DNA of 63,367 nt, counting the filler. It is 5 parts of 5 records of this genome, joined end to end, with 100 filler letters (N's around TTAATTAATTAA, not from the genome) between each part and the next. Parts side by side here need not be neighbours in the genome. Positions count along the whole stretch, not along the records: positions 49,919 to 55,150 come from SRR2962707_3361; positions 55,251 to 63,367 come from SRR2962707_3364; 3 more parts are not named here. One strand, given 5' to 3'. Position 1 is the first letter of the stretch. Each line of letters begins with the position of its first letter. Both the position numbers and the translations under genes were made by a program. Under the pieces are notes generated by a model, which was not told where the DNA came from, did no database searches, and saw nothing but the letters and a program-made list of their open reading frames with translations. Below, piece by piece: positions 53,288 through 62,532 of the stretch.

Positions 53288-53473
53288 TGGTGGGAATGGT
53301 CTTTGTTCGTTTCGCTGCATCTCATTCTATTTTTATCAATAAGTTAGGACCGTACTCTTTTTTCAAGTTTGTTTCAATGATCGGGCTTGCTAGTGCCGCC
53401 ACTCCTGGTGACTCAAAACTGTGACTGTAGGCAACACGAAACGACGATTGACGTGTTGGAAATCCCACGCGTT

Positions 53474-54727
53474 TTAAAAGTCCCAGTCGTCGTTGAAGTC
53501 GTAGTCATCCTCCTTCTCCTCATGAAAGTAAACGGAACCCCTTGGATGTTCATTCTGCAACTCACTGTCGATTTCTTCTTCGTCGTCTGACGCAGCAACG
53601 TCCTCTTCTTCAGAATCCACAGCTTCTTGCTGAAATCTTGACCTTGCCATGCGGTGCATCGGCAGACCGAAAGGATTACTTCGCTGCAAGTTGCGCATCG
53701 CTTGATACCTACCCAAAACGCGGAAAAATGCTTCATGTTGGCGTCTGCCCGAGATGTTCGAACAAATAAAAGAGCAAGGACGTTGGGTTAACAAGGAGTT
53801 GGTTCTACAAACTTTGCAATGCGCTGCAGAATCTGAAACTGTGCTTCTCGATGTGCAGCAACTCGGCGCTGATGAACTTTCCCTTGCACATGCTCAAGCA
53901 GCTGTGCTTCTCGCTTCGAGGCCGACCTCGCTGACGGAGTGTATGAGCAAAATTGACCTGCAGAACGCACAGCATTGCACGTGCAAATTCATCCACACAA
54001 TGGCATGCAGGTGCGCAAGAAGAGCCAACACGCAGTAAGATGGCGTACATGCATGGTGCTGCGGGAGTGTTGGAACTTTGAATCGCAATACGCGATGGGC
54101 AGCCTGAGCACGTCGGTAGGCTGCAGCAAGTCCTGCGTCATTCGCCACTGCAACGCACACGACTCTGTTCGAGCTGGTCGGCGCGGAGCGATGGTGCTGA
54201 GACACTTTTTTGCGGCGCGGTGGTGTCAGCGTATTGAGTCTTTCAGCACGAGCAATGCGTCGACTTCGCAAGTGCGCTTGATGTGATACTAACAGTTGTA
54301 GAACTCGATCGTTGTTGAGAAATACGTGAGCAAGATCTGGAAACGAGAGCGCCAATGTTCTTTGAATTGTTGACAGGCGTAGCGGGAGTGGTACGGATAC
54401 TCTCCGCAAGCCTGGGTACCCCGCAATTTCAAACTTGATTGGAGCTGTTTTGAGAGCCAAAGTTGTGACTTGATTTGGCGGCTCACAATGTCTGCGACTG
54501 TTGGATTGCATGCGTGGAGAAGCTGCTTCAATCTTTGTGCCGCCGTTTAAGAGTCCGTGCCCTCCGTTGCCATGGTGGGAGGCAATGCCGTCACCTTGGC
54601 TGCGCAGTTGCAACGGCCTCGCTTCACGCTCTGTGGCACAACACTCATGCTGCGTCGTTGGTGTGCCTCGAACTTCACTCACTCGCGCTCCATCAATCAC
54701 ATCATCATGCCCTCCAATTGCCGCCAT
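53474..54727 (-). CDS. Unknown eukaryotic protein: PB1-like domain, matrin-type Zn finger, acidic tail; 3 exons 54727-54049, 53957-53813, 53744-53474 (364 aa)
   Basis: Introns 53958-54048 (GTACGC..CAG) and 53745-53812 (GTTTGT..CAG) give one frame; splicing creates CQFC...QLLEHVQGKVH. Confidence 0.55.
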
Positions 54728-55116
54728 AGTAATACTCCTTCCACACTTCCTTCTGTCACTTTTCACGTGTGCCTGCCTGCACCAACGAGCGCCAGTATCG
54801 CAGGATGCCGCTAAAATGTTTGCAACACACACCCCCGACTCTTCTTCTCTCAAGAACCGTCTTTCTTTTTTCATTTTTTGGTGCCAATCCCAAAAAACAC
54901 CATGAAGCAACATGCTAGGACTTCATGCGAAGCGATGGCACTGCACAGGTAGGATGCCGCAGAAAACCGAGCGTGAGCTGGGGGTGGACCGCGAACACAC
55001 ACTTGCCCAGCACACACATCAAATCAGCTTCTAGACTTGACTGACCCGCTTCAAGATGAGGGTCAGCTGGAGTTGCTCTTGCGGAGCAAACTCGAATTCG
55101 TCGATGAGTTGAGGAC

Positions 55117-55150
55117 CCCACCCACCACCACCACCACCACCAGCAGCAGC
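55117..55150. repeat. (CCA)n/(CAG)n microsatellite at contig end
   Basis: cccacccaccaccaccaccaccaccagcagcagc. Confidence 0.75.
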
Positions 55151-55250
55151 NNNNNNNNNNNNNNNNNNNNNNNNNNNNNNNNNNNNNNNNNNNNTTAATT
55201 AATTAANNNNNNNNNNNNNNNNNNNNNNNNNNNNNNNNNNNNNNNNNNNN
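55151..55250. other. Artificial contig spacer
   Basis: N run with TTAATTAATTAA linker. Confidence 0.99.
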
Positions 55251-55436
55251 CTCGGCGGTGATCCAGCCCTGGCCCTTGCCTTTGAGGAAGCGCGGGACAC
55301 CGTCTTCCACGGAGGCGGTGCAGAGCACCTGGGTGTCACCGAACGCCACCAGGACGCTACCCTCGGCATGCTTGGTGTAATGGCGCGTAAAAGACACTTC
55401 ACGCATTTGGTCGGGCGCGCGGCCGGAGGGACGCAT
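55251..55436 (-). CDS. rph: Ribonuclease PH, N-terminal fragment
   Basis: [12 protein letters not shown]...[21 protein letters not shown]...GWITAE. Confidence 0.95.
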
Positions 55437-55709
55437 GGTAGCTCCTTAGGTTCTGATAATGGTATGGGAGGCCCCCATTGTAACGAACCCGCCGGACCCA
55501 TTGCGAGGCGTCACGGTCGATCGGCCCGGATCGCGCCGCGAGGGAGATCGCTACAAGGCCGCTGTGGGAGCCAGCCTTGCTGGCGAATCCCTGAGGGTGC
55601 AGTCCCTTTCGCCAGCGGGGCCGGCTCCTACAATAGCTTCGTCGCTGGCCCACAACTATCGAACACCAATGGTACACTGAGCGCACACGCAATGGCCGAG
55701 GACCCCGTA

Positions 55710-56573
55710 ATGATCCGCAGCATGACCGCTTTCGCCCGTACCGACGGGCACCTCGACGGCGTCGACCTCGCCTGGGAAATCCGCTCGGTGAACCACCGCT
55801 ACCTGGAAATCTCCCCACGCCTGCCCGAAGCCGTACGGACACTGGAGGGCATCGTCCGTGAGCGCTGCCGCAGCCGCCTGGCCCGAGGCAAGCTGGATTT
55901 GACCCTGCGCTATCAGGAAGACGAAGCGGATCCCAATCTGGAGCTCAACGAAGCGCTGGTGAAACGGATCTCCGAAGCAGCTCGCCGGGTGGGCGATCTG
56001 GTGATGCACCCCGGGCAGATCGACCCCTTGGAAGTGCTGCGCTTCCCAGGTGTGCTGAAAACCACCCGGGTGGACCCGGAAGCCCTGCAAAACAAAGCCG
56101 TGGAGCTGCTCGACGAAGCACTGGACAGCCTGTTGGCCACGCGCGAACGGGAGGGGGAACAATTGGCCAAACTGGTGCTGGACCGCCTGACCCTGATCGG
56201 CGAGCAAGTCGTCATCGTCCGCGCCGCCCTGCCCCGCATTCGCGACCACCTGCGCGAACGGCTGCGGCAGCGGGTCGAGGACGTGCTGGAAACCGCTGAC
56301 AACGACCGTCTGGAACAGGAAGTGGTGCTGGCCGCCCAGAAAATGGATGTGGACGAGGAACTGGATCGCCTGGAGGCCCATGTGAAGGAAGTCCGCCGGG
56401 TGGTGGAGAAGGGTGGCCAGGCGGGCCGCCGTCTGGATTTCCTGATGCAGGAACTCAACCGCGAAGCCAACACCCTGGCGTCAAAGTCCATCGACGCCGA
56501 AACCACCGCCGCCGCCGTCGAACTCAAGGTTCTGATCGAGCAGATGCGGGAGCAGATTCAGAATATCGAATAA
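55710..56573 (+). CDS. yicC: YicC/YloC family endoribonuclease
   Basis: MIRSMTAFAR, EIRSVNHRYL, GRRLDFLMQELNREANTLASK, EQMREQIQNIE; divergent from rph; start ATG 55710. Confidence 0.96.
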   Translation: MIRSMTAFARTDGHLDGVDLAWEIRSVNHRYLEISPRLPEAVRTLEGIVRERCRSRLARGKLDLTLRYQEDEADPNLELNEALVKRISEAARRVGDLVMHPGQIDPLEVLRFPGVLKTTRVDPEALQNKAVELLDEALDSLLATREREGEQLAKLVLDRLTLIGEQVVIVRAALPRIRDHLRERLRQRVEDVLETADNDRLEQEVVLAAQKMDVDEELDRLEAHVKEVRRVVEKGGQAGRRLDFLMQELNREANTLASKSIDAETTAAAVELKVLIEQMREQIQNIE

Positions 56574-56730
56574 GGTCCGCCAAGACCTCAATCGCCCTTA
56601 ACCTATTGATCTATATCGATTTTTAGAGCTCACCCGTTGCGTTATCATTGTCCCAGAATACCCTATGCCCACCAATTCTGGTGGGCATCCTGATGGTCAA
56701 GCTCGCAACACCCCCCCTTACCCAGCATGA
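56574..56730 (+). mobile_element. Probable left end (attL) of a yicC-integrated island with an integrase stub
   Basis: TAACCTATTGAT motif, palindrome ATGCCCACCA-attc-TGGTGGGCAT (56665-56688), ATG 56693 MVKLATPPLT resembling P4-type integrase N-termini; no gmk after yicC; composition shift. Confidence 0.45.
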
Positions 56731-57093
56731 ACCCTATAAACATATCGATGCAGTAGACTTTACTTCCGCGTTCCCAAGGCCTGCCTGTAGTGATTGCTTC
56801 TCTACGGTGGAGATCATAAGGTCATTCTTAGCTAGCCCCTCTTGCCAAGGCGCCTTCAAACCGAGACGATAAAAAAATCGCCACTCTGGGTCCGCTTTTG
56901 GAAAGCAAAAACAGGAAACGCACGAGAATCCAATATTGTTAGCCTTCAGTCAACTATCGGCAACTAATGGTGGCGCCACTTTGATTTTGGCTATGATAAG
57001 CGAACCAAGTCTTTTTACTGCTTAGGTATAACCTGTCAATTGTCATATTGTGTCTCATTTTCATTTTCTAAAAATCGAAATTAGTGAACATTG

Positions 57094-60000
57094 ATGACTT
57101 CAAATATTTCTTACCTTCCTGACTACGCTGCATTGAAGAAGCTCGCATCTGCACTTTGGCAGCAGGACAACTCTTATCATGGCGCAGCTGTTATGATAGG
57201 CGCAGGCTTCAGTAGAAGCGCTGCATCCACAGGTGACGCAAACAAAAAACTACCACTTTGGAATGACTTTTCAAATATTCTTGCAAAAGAACTAGGTTCA
57301 GACAGCACCGATCCACTGCGTTTAGCGGAAGAATACTGTGCATACTTTGGACGACAAGCACTCCATGACCTAATCAGAAAAAAGATAAATGATGCCGCTT
57401 GGGTGCCTGGCGAGCTATATAAATCCCTATTGGGACTACCCTGGTCAGAAGTCCTAACCACTAACTGGGATACCTTGCTTGAGCGATCGTCAATTGAGGT
57501 GCATCAGCCTATCTATAACATAGTTTCCAAACAGGCGGATCTTTCCAAAACAAGATCACCACGAATCGTTAAACTACATGGGACCATCGACGTAACTAAA
57601 GATTTAATTTTTACTCAAGAAGATTACCGAAAATATCCTCAAGATCATGCAGCATTTGTTAATTTCTCCCGCCAAGTATTCATAGAAAACGAACTCTGTT
57701 TGTTAGGCTTCTCTGGCGACGACCCCAACTTTTTGCAATGGACTGGATGGGTAAGAGATCACCTAGCAACTCATTCTAGACGCATCTACCTAGTTGGAGC
57801 TTTGGGTCTAAACTCCGCAAAGAGGAAATACCTCGAATCCATAAATGTCGCGCCAATCGACTTAGGAGATTTGGTCACTGACCATGACGAACCAGATACC
57901 AGACACTTCAAAGCAATAGAAATATTTCTTCAGTCCTTACAAGACCTTAAGCCCCAGCAAGACTGGGAATGGAATCCAACGCAACAACAGAGATCGGAAG
58001 AGATTCTCACCAATAAAGCCCGAAGTCCTCAAGATTTTGACTATGCCGCCAAACTACTGGAAGAAAAGCTTCCATTTCTGGAAAAAGACAGGACATCTTA
58101 TCCAGGCTGGTTAGTTTGCCCCTATCAAAAGCGATTCCAGCTGCAAAGTCAGATAAGTAACCCTTGGCCAAATCCAAAGAACTTGTCTGCAATGGAAGAA
58201 AATAATAGAGCTAAGCTCTTATATGAAATCTATTGGATTCACAGTTTAACTTTTGAGGTCATTCAGCCTTGGTTAATCCCGGAGCTTCTAGCAGTATGCA
58301 CTGCCGACAAGCCAAGTATACTAAACCAAAGGCAGCGTTTGGAAATCGCTCTTTTACTTCTGAAAAATACACGCTGGATCGATAGTCCAGAGGCGGAAAG
58401 CATTGCTCAGAAAGCAAGCGTCATATTAGATAAAGGCCAAAGGCACTGGCAAGAAATCAGTGATGAACTTGCCTATCATAATGCCATCTTGGCACGAGAC
58501 CGATTCGACTACGTAGAGGTAGAGAAAAATTTAGAAAAAATCATAAGCGATAAGCCAATTTGGAAATTGAAAAAAGCCTCTTTGCTTGCTGAACTTGGGC
58601 AATTCAAAAAAGGGGAGGTGTTAGTGTCTGAAGCGTATCGAAAGCTTCTTGCCCAATATCGTAATGATCGAAATTCAATTCATGTACTTTCAAATTTGGC
58701 CTGGGCACATTGGTTAATGCGCGGCATTGACTTTTCAGTATTTAGTAACGAATTGAGTGCTTTTCCATCCAACTACCGAGATCGCAGATGTGATCCATGG
58801 GATCACATCGAGAATGCCAGAGATCGTATCTCCAAACAGCTGGAAAAGCAGAAGAAACAACAAGCTATTGAACCCTCATTTAAACCAGGGCGCTATAAAG
58901 ACAACAGTAACACAGCAAGTTTTAGCAATGAATTGCATCCGTTGCTTCTTTTGGAAGGTATTTCCAATACCGTTGGGATGCCATTACGTTGGAATAACAT
59001 CAACTTTCTTGTCGACCATGCAGCTAGGCTTGCCGAACTGGACGACATCGACAACGCCCATCGTTTTGCATTGGCCATACGTTCAGCAAATAGCGATACA
59101 TCAGATGTCCTAAAAAAAGTATTCTCTAGAATTGGAATTGCATGTTTGCCAGAAAGTGATGTGGCTTTTTTGTTGAAGCAGTGCACGCAAGCGATCAACT
59201 ATTGGGTAGAAAAGCGAACAGAGAAATCAGGGGAGACCGGGCATTATGCAATTGATCGTCTGAGGGTTTTTATCGAAGTGCTTGCCCGCATATCTGTACG
59301 TGCAACACCAAAGCAAGCAAAAAACATATTTCGCCTATCCGTATCTCTTGGAAAGAATTCCAGACTACATCATGTTTGGCTGTTTTCTGCAATAAAAAAT
59401 ATGATGGATTTTTCAATAGAAAGCATTCCAGAATCACAACACCATGAAATATTACTAGAGGCATTGTCCTTTCCCCTTCAAACAGAAACCAGTATTGAAC
59501 ACCATGAAAGGTGGGCCAACCCAATTATAAGATTTCCCGGGGAAAGACGACAGAATGCGTCTCTCGATCATCGCATAGATGAAATAATAGATCGAATAAC
59601 GCCATGCTCACCTCAAAGCTCCCCCGCTCTTTTACGCCTTCTTCCTTTGATTGAGAAGGGTTTTCTGAACAAAACGGAAATGGAGAAGATTTCGGAGAAC
59701 GTATGGGGTCACAACCCAGATTTCAAAACTCTTCCCGAAACAGGTTTACTGAAACATGTGCTACTTGAGATCCCCGCACAAGACTCTAATGCTGTCAAAG
59801 TTCTTGTCAGGCATCACCTTTTTGAGGCAAAAGATTCAACATTATTTAACCGGGAAATCCTAGCAGCTATCGCAAATGCTGCACAAGTAGATAATATTAA
59901 GGAGTTTCCGTCAAATAATCAGTCCCTAAATTACTTTGAAAAACTGGTTGCTTGGAGGCCACCGGCAAATGATAAGAAGAGTATTATTTTTTCCATACAA

Positions 60001-60654
60001 GAAGAGCGACAGACAGCTGAATTAATCGGCGAGGTATTGGCCAGATCTGTTGTTCCTGCCATGCCCTCGGAGGCATTGACCGAAGAAAACTTCCAAAAAC
60101 TATGTACCTTCTATTCCGAAGTTGAAATTCCGGAAATTTTGATTGCATTTCCCTATTTCGCTTCTGAAAACAAGGCTTGTTTCGAACCAACGCAGAAATT
60201 GATTAGGCAAGGACTTCAATCGAATGATGCCAACAAATTAGCATATGCATCTTATGCCCTTTTAACATGGAGAACCTTAAAGGAGTCGCCTGTTATTGAA
60301 AATTTAGTATTAAGACTTATCTATCTAGTAGGATCAAATCGCATGGTAGGTTTGCCAGCTCTACTTTGGACTGCCAATCAGATGCATAACAGGCAGTACC
60401 TTACTTCTGAAAGTGTCGAGTCACTAATAGAAATTCTTCCTGTAATATTCGACAACACTGAATATAAGAATATCTCTCTGCTCAGCCGAGAGTCCATTAG
60501 CGTTTCATTCGTGCGCGCAGCGTGTGTCAGGCTAGCCAAAGATATAATGAGAAAGGGAAAAGATCAAAATAGTGAGTTAATTAGGATCTTAAAGGAGGCT
60601 AGGAAGGACACTCTTCCGGAAGTCAGATTCGCTGAGACACGCACGCCAGCCTAA
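57094..60654 (+). CDS. Large SIR2-domain (SIR2_2) protein with long helical C-terminus, DSR-like putative anti-phage NADase
   Basis: MIGAGFS, LTTNWD, IVKLHGT, FTQEDY and LGFSGDDPNF in the first ~280 aa; ~900 aa Leu/Glu-rich helical region; AT-richer than flanks. Confidence 0.85.
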   Translation: MTSNISYLPDYAALKKLASALWQQDNSYHGAAVMIGAGFSRSAASTGDANKKLPLWNDFSNILAKELGSDSTDPLRLAEEYCAYFGRQALHDLIRKKINDAAWVPGELYKSLLGLPWSEVLTTNWDTLLERSSIEVHQPIYNIVSKQADLSKTRSPRIVKLHGTIDVTKDLIFTQEDYRKYPQDHAAFVNFSRQVFIENELCLLGFSGDDPNFLQWTGWVRDHLATHSRRIYLVGALGLNSAKRKYLESINVAPIDLGDLVTDHDEPDTRHFKAIEIFLQSLQDLKPQQDWEWNPTQQQRSEEILTNKARSPQDFDYAAKLLEEKLPFLEKDRTSYPGWLVCPYQKRFQLQSQISNPWPNPKNLSAMEENNRAKLLYEIYWIHSLTFEVIQPWLIPELLAVCTADKPSILNQRQRLEIALLLLKNTRWIDSPEAESIAQKASVILDKGQRHWQEISDELAYHNAILARDRFDYVEVEKNLEKIISDKPIWKLKKASLLAELGQFKKGEVLVSEAYRKLLAQYRNDRNSIHVLSNLAWAHWLMRGIDFSVFSNELSAFPSNYRDRRCDPWDHIENARDRISKQLEKQKKQQAIEPSFKPGRYKDNSNTASFSNELHPLLLLEGISNTVGMPLRWNNINFLVDHAARLAELDDIDNAHRFALAIRSANSDTSDVLKKVFSRIGIACLPESDVAFLLKQCTQAINYWVEKRTEKSGETGHYAIDRLRVFIEVLARISVRATPKQAKNIFRLSVSLGKNSRLHHVWLFSAIKNMMDFSIESIPESQHHEILLEALSFPLQTETSIEHHERWANPIIRFPGERRQNASLDHRIDEIIDRITPCSPQSSPALLRLLPLIEKGFLNKTEMEKISENVWGHNPDFKTLPETGLLKHVLLEIPAQDSNAVKVLVRHHLFEAKDSTLFNREILAAIANAAQVDNIKEFPSNNQSLNYFEKLVAWRPPANDKKSIIFSIQEERQTAELIGEVLARSVVPAMPSEALTEENFQKLCTFYSEVEIPEILIAFPYFASENKACFEPTQKLIRQGLQSNDANKLAYASYALLTWRTLKESPVIENLVLRLIYLVGSNRMVGLPALLWTANQMHNRQYLTSESVESLIEILPVIFDNTEYKNISLLSRESISVSFVRAACVRLAKDIMRKGKDQNSELIRILKEARKDTLPEVRFAETRTPA

Positions 60655-60867
60655 CCATTATTAGCACCAGAAAAAATCCAGCAAAAACGTCATTTTTTAC
60701 ACGTAAATGCCCAAATTAATTTTCCAATATAGTTGCGCGCCAAGTTGACCCAAAGATCTTCTGATCATCCGACACGCATACTGCTATCGTATTCCGGAGT
60801 ATTAATAATTATTCGAGAGGTATAGCGCACTCCAAACGGCAGGATAAGTACGAGCAAGCCTGCCGCC

Positions 60868-62151
60868 CTATCGGCACATCTTGTTCTCTTCCCTTAAACC
60901 AGCAAGTTGGCGGGTAATCAATTCCACAACACGACGGCTCACCCCGAAGTCTCCAGCAACCGAAGCAAAGTCAGTAAGCACATCCACGATTTCGGCAATA
61001 TCCCGTCGCGCCTGCTCCCATTTGCCATAACCCGCACGCTCCGCCAGTGTCTGAATAGCTTTCAACGACGGAATTTTGCCGAAACCGGCATAGGCGGTGG
61101 CGTGCTCCTGGAACGGATGAGGACTAAAGGTCACGTCATAAAAAGGTGCCGGCACCCACTCGCCAGCATCGTCCTGAAGAAAAGCCCAGTTCTTGCTATG
61201 GTCATCCTGATTACAGGCGAACAGGTTGAACATGGCCCGGCGGAACTGAAGTTTACCCACCGCCGGCGACCGGCAAAGGTGACGACTGGCCTTGATCAGG
61301 TCTTCGTAATCCAGACTCGGTGTCCGGAAATCCGCGTCCAACAGGCCACAGGCACTGTGCATGTGAAGACGCCCCGCCTTTTGCGGGTGACTCACCCAGT
61401 CAAACCGTTTCATCCCAAGCCAGGCGCGGGCGCCGCTTTCCTCCGGCGCATCGAACAGCCGCCACTGCGGCGGCTGCAACCCCAGTTTTCCGGCAAGATG
61501 CAGATAGACGGCTTCACAAAGTCCTTCCTCATGACCCAATGGCAGATTCCGCGACGTGAACTTGACCAGCCAGGCCTCATCCCCGGGTTTTGCAACCGTG
61601 TGACAACGATCAGGCGCATCCGGGGACAGGAATAGCTGTGCCTTGGGCCTGGCACCGCCAGAACTGCCCGCTGCCACCAGATCCGCCAGCACGTCCTCCG
61701 TCTGGCCATCGAAAAGCGCCTGCGCCTCCACACCCAGAGCCGCCAGGTCAATATCCCCTGTCGATGCAACCTGATACTCCGAGGTCGGAGAATAGGACAG
61801 CCCCCCCATTCCGGAGGCACCGACAAAGGCCAGGCGATCCATGGCGCTGATCCGGGCAGGGAGAATCCCATGCTGGCGGAACACGCGATCCTGCAACAGA
61901 GAACCCCAGCCGTCGGGCAGGCTGTCCCCGAAAAGACCATGGAGTCCCCTATGCGGCTTTCCGGGGGCAAGCTGCAGCTCTGTGTTTGCCTTTAAACCAA
62001 ACGGTGACAGGTTACCGAACCGCGCCAGATAATCGGCATCGTACTGAAAGAACACGCCCTGTCGGTTCTGCGCCAGCACACCAACCGTAACCGCCTGCCC
62101 CGTTGTCAGCGTACGCGTTACCGTCAGCTTGCGAACTGGCTTAAAGCTCAC
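60868..62151 (-). CDS. hipA: HipA-family Ser/Thr kinase toxin
   Basis: HipA N-domain (VGVL...FQYD...FGDSLPDGWG), P-loop GSSGGARPK, KRFD, NQDDHSKN, PFYDV. Confidence 0.92.
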   Translation of the reverse strand: MSFKPVRKLTVTRTLTTGQAVTVGVLAQNRQGVFFQYDADYLARFGNLSPFGLKANTELQLAPGKPHRGLHGLFGDSLPDGWGSLLQDRVFRQHGILPARISAMDRLAFVGASGMGGLSYSPTSEYQVASTGDIDLAALGVEAQALFDGQTEDVLADLVAAGSSGGARPKAQLFLSPDAPDRCHTVAKPGDEAWLVKFTSRNLPLGHEEGLCEAVYLHLAGKLGLQPPQWRLFDAPEESGARAWLGMKRFDWVSHPQKAGRLHMHSACGLLDADFRTPSLDYEDLIKASRHLCRSPAVGKLQFRRAMFNLFACNQDDHSKNWAFLQDDAGEWVPAPFYDVTFSPHPFQEHATAYAGFGKIPSLKAIQTLAERAGYGKWEQARRDIAEIVDVLTDFASVAGDFGVSRRVVELITRQLAGLREENKMCR

Positions 62152-62428
62152 TGTTCAATACCTCATCAATGCTGGAGGGCATCTCAGCTTCCCCAGGGGA
62201 ATGACGGGTTAACGCATACAGACGGCGCAGATCATCCAGGCTCTGCCAGAGAAACAACAGTTGCCGGAACGAGATCTGTCCGGTGAGTTCAAACTTCTTG
62301 ATGGTGGATGCCGGCACCCCACTACGCTCGGCCAGGGCATCACGGGACAGCCTGGCCTGCTTGCGTAAACGCCGCAGATGAGCAGCAAACGCTTGCTGCA
62401 CATCAATGTCATCAAGAAGAGAGGTCAT
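62141..62428 (-). CDS. hipB: XRE/HipB-like antitoxin-regulator
   Basis: LRRLRKQARLSRDALAERSGVPASTIKKFE HTH; overlaps hipA start. Confidence 0.82.
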   Translation of the reverse strand: MTSLLDDIDVQQAFAAHLRRLRKQARLSRDALAERSGVPASTIKKFELTGQISFRQLLFLWQSLDDLRRLYALTRHSPGEAEMPSSIDEVLNSEL

Positions 62429-62440
62429 TTTACACCACAA

Positions 62441-62520
62441 TAGACACCATGATGTCTAATTATGACCAAAACAAGAACAAATAGATACCATAATAGCCAA
62501 AATAGACCTCATTGGACTGC
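62441..62520. promoter_or_regulatory. Putative HipB-like operator array
   Basis: TAGAC-N8-GTCTA palindrome 62441-62458; degenerate copies at 62482 and 62503. Confidence 0.55.
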
Positions 62521-62532
62521 GGACAATACCGC

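Noticed and set aside
55368-55709. 114-aa N-terminal extension of YicC
   Set aside because: Overlaps rph and the divergent promoter; the family starts at MIRSMTAF (55710)
62429-62532. Possible attR of the yicC island or mini-CRISPR
   Set aside because: No copy of the yicC 3' end; repeats are short (~11 bp), degenerate and operator-like
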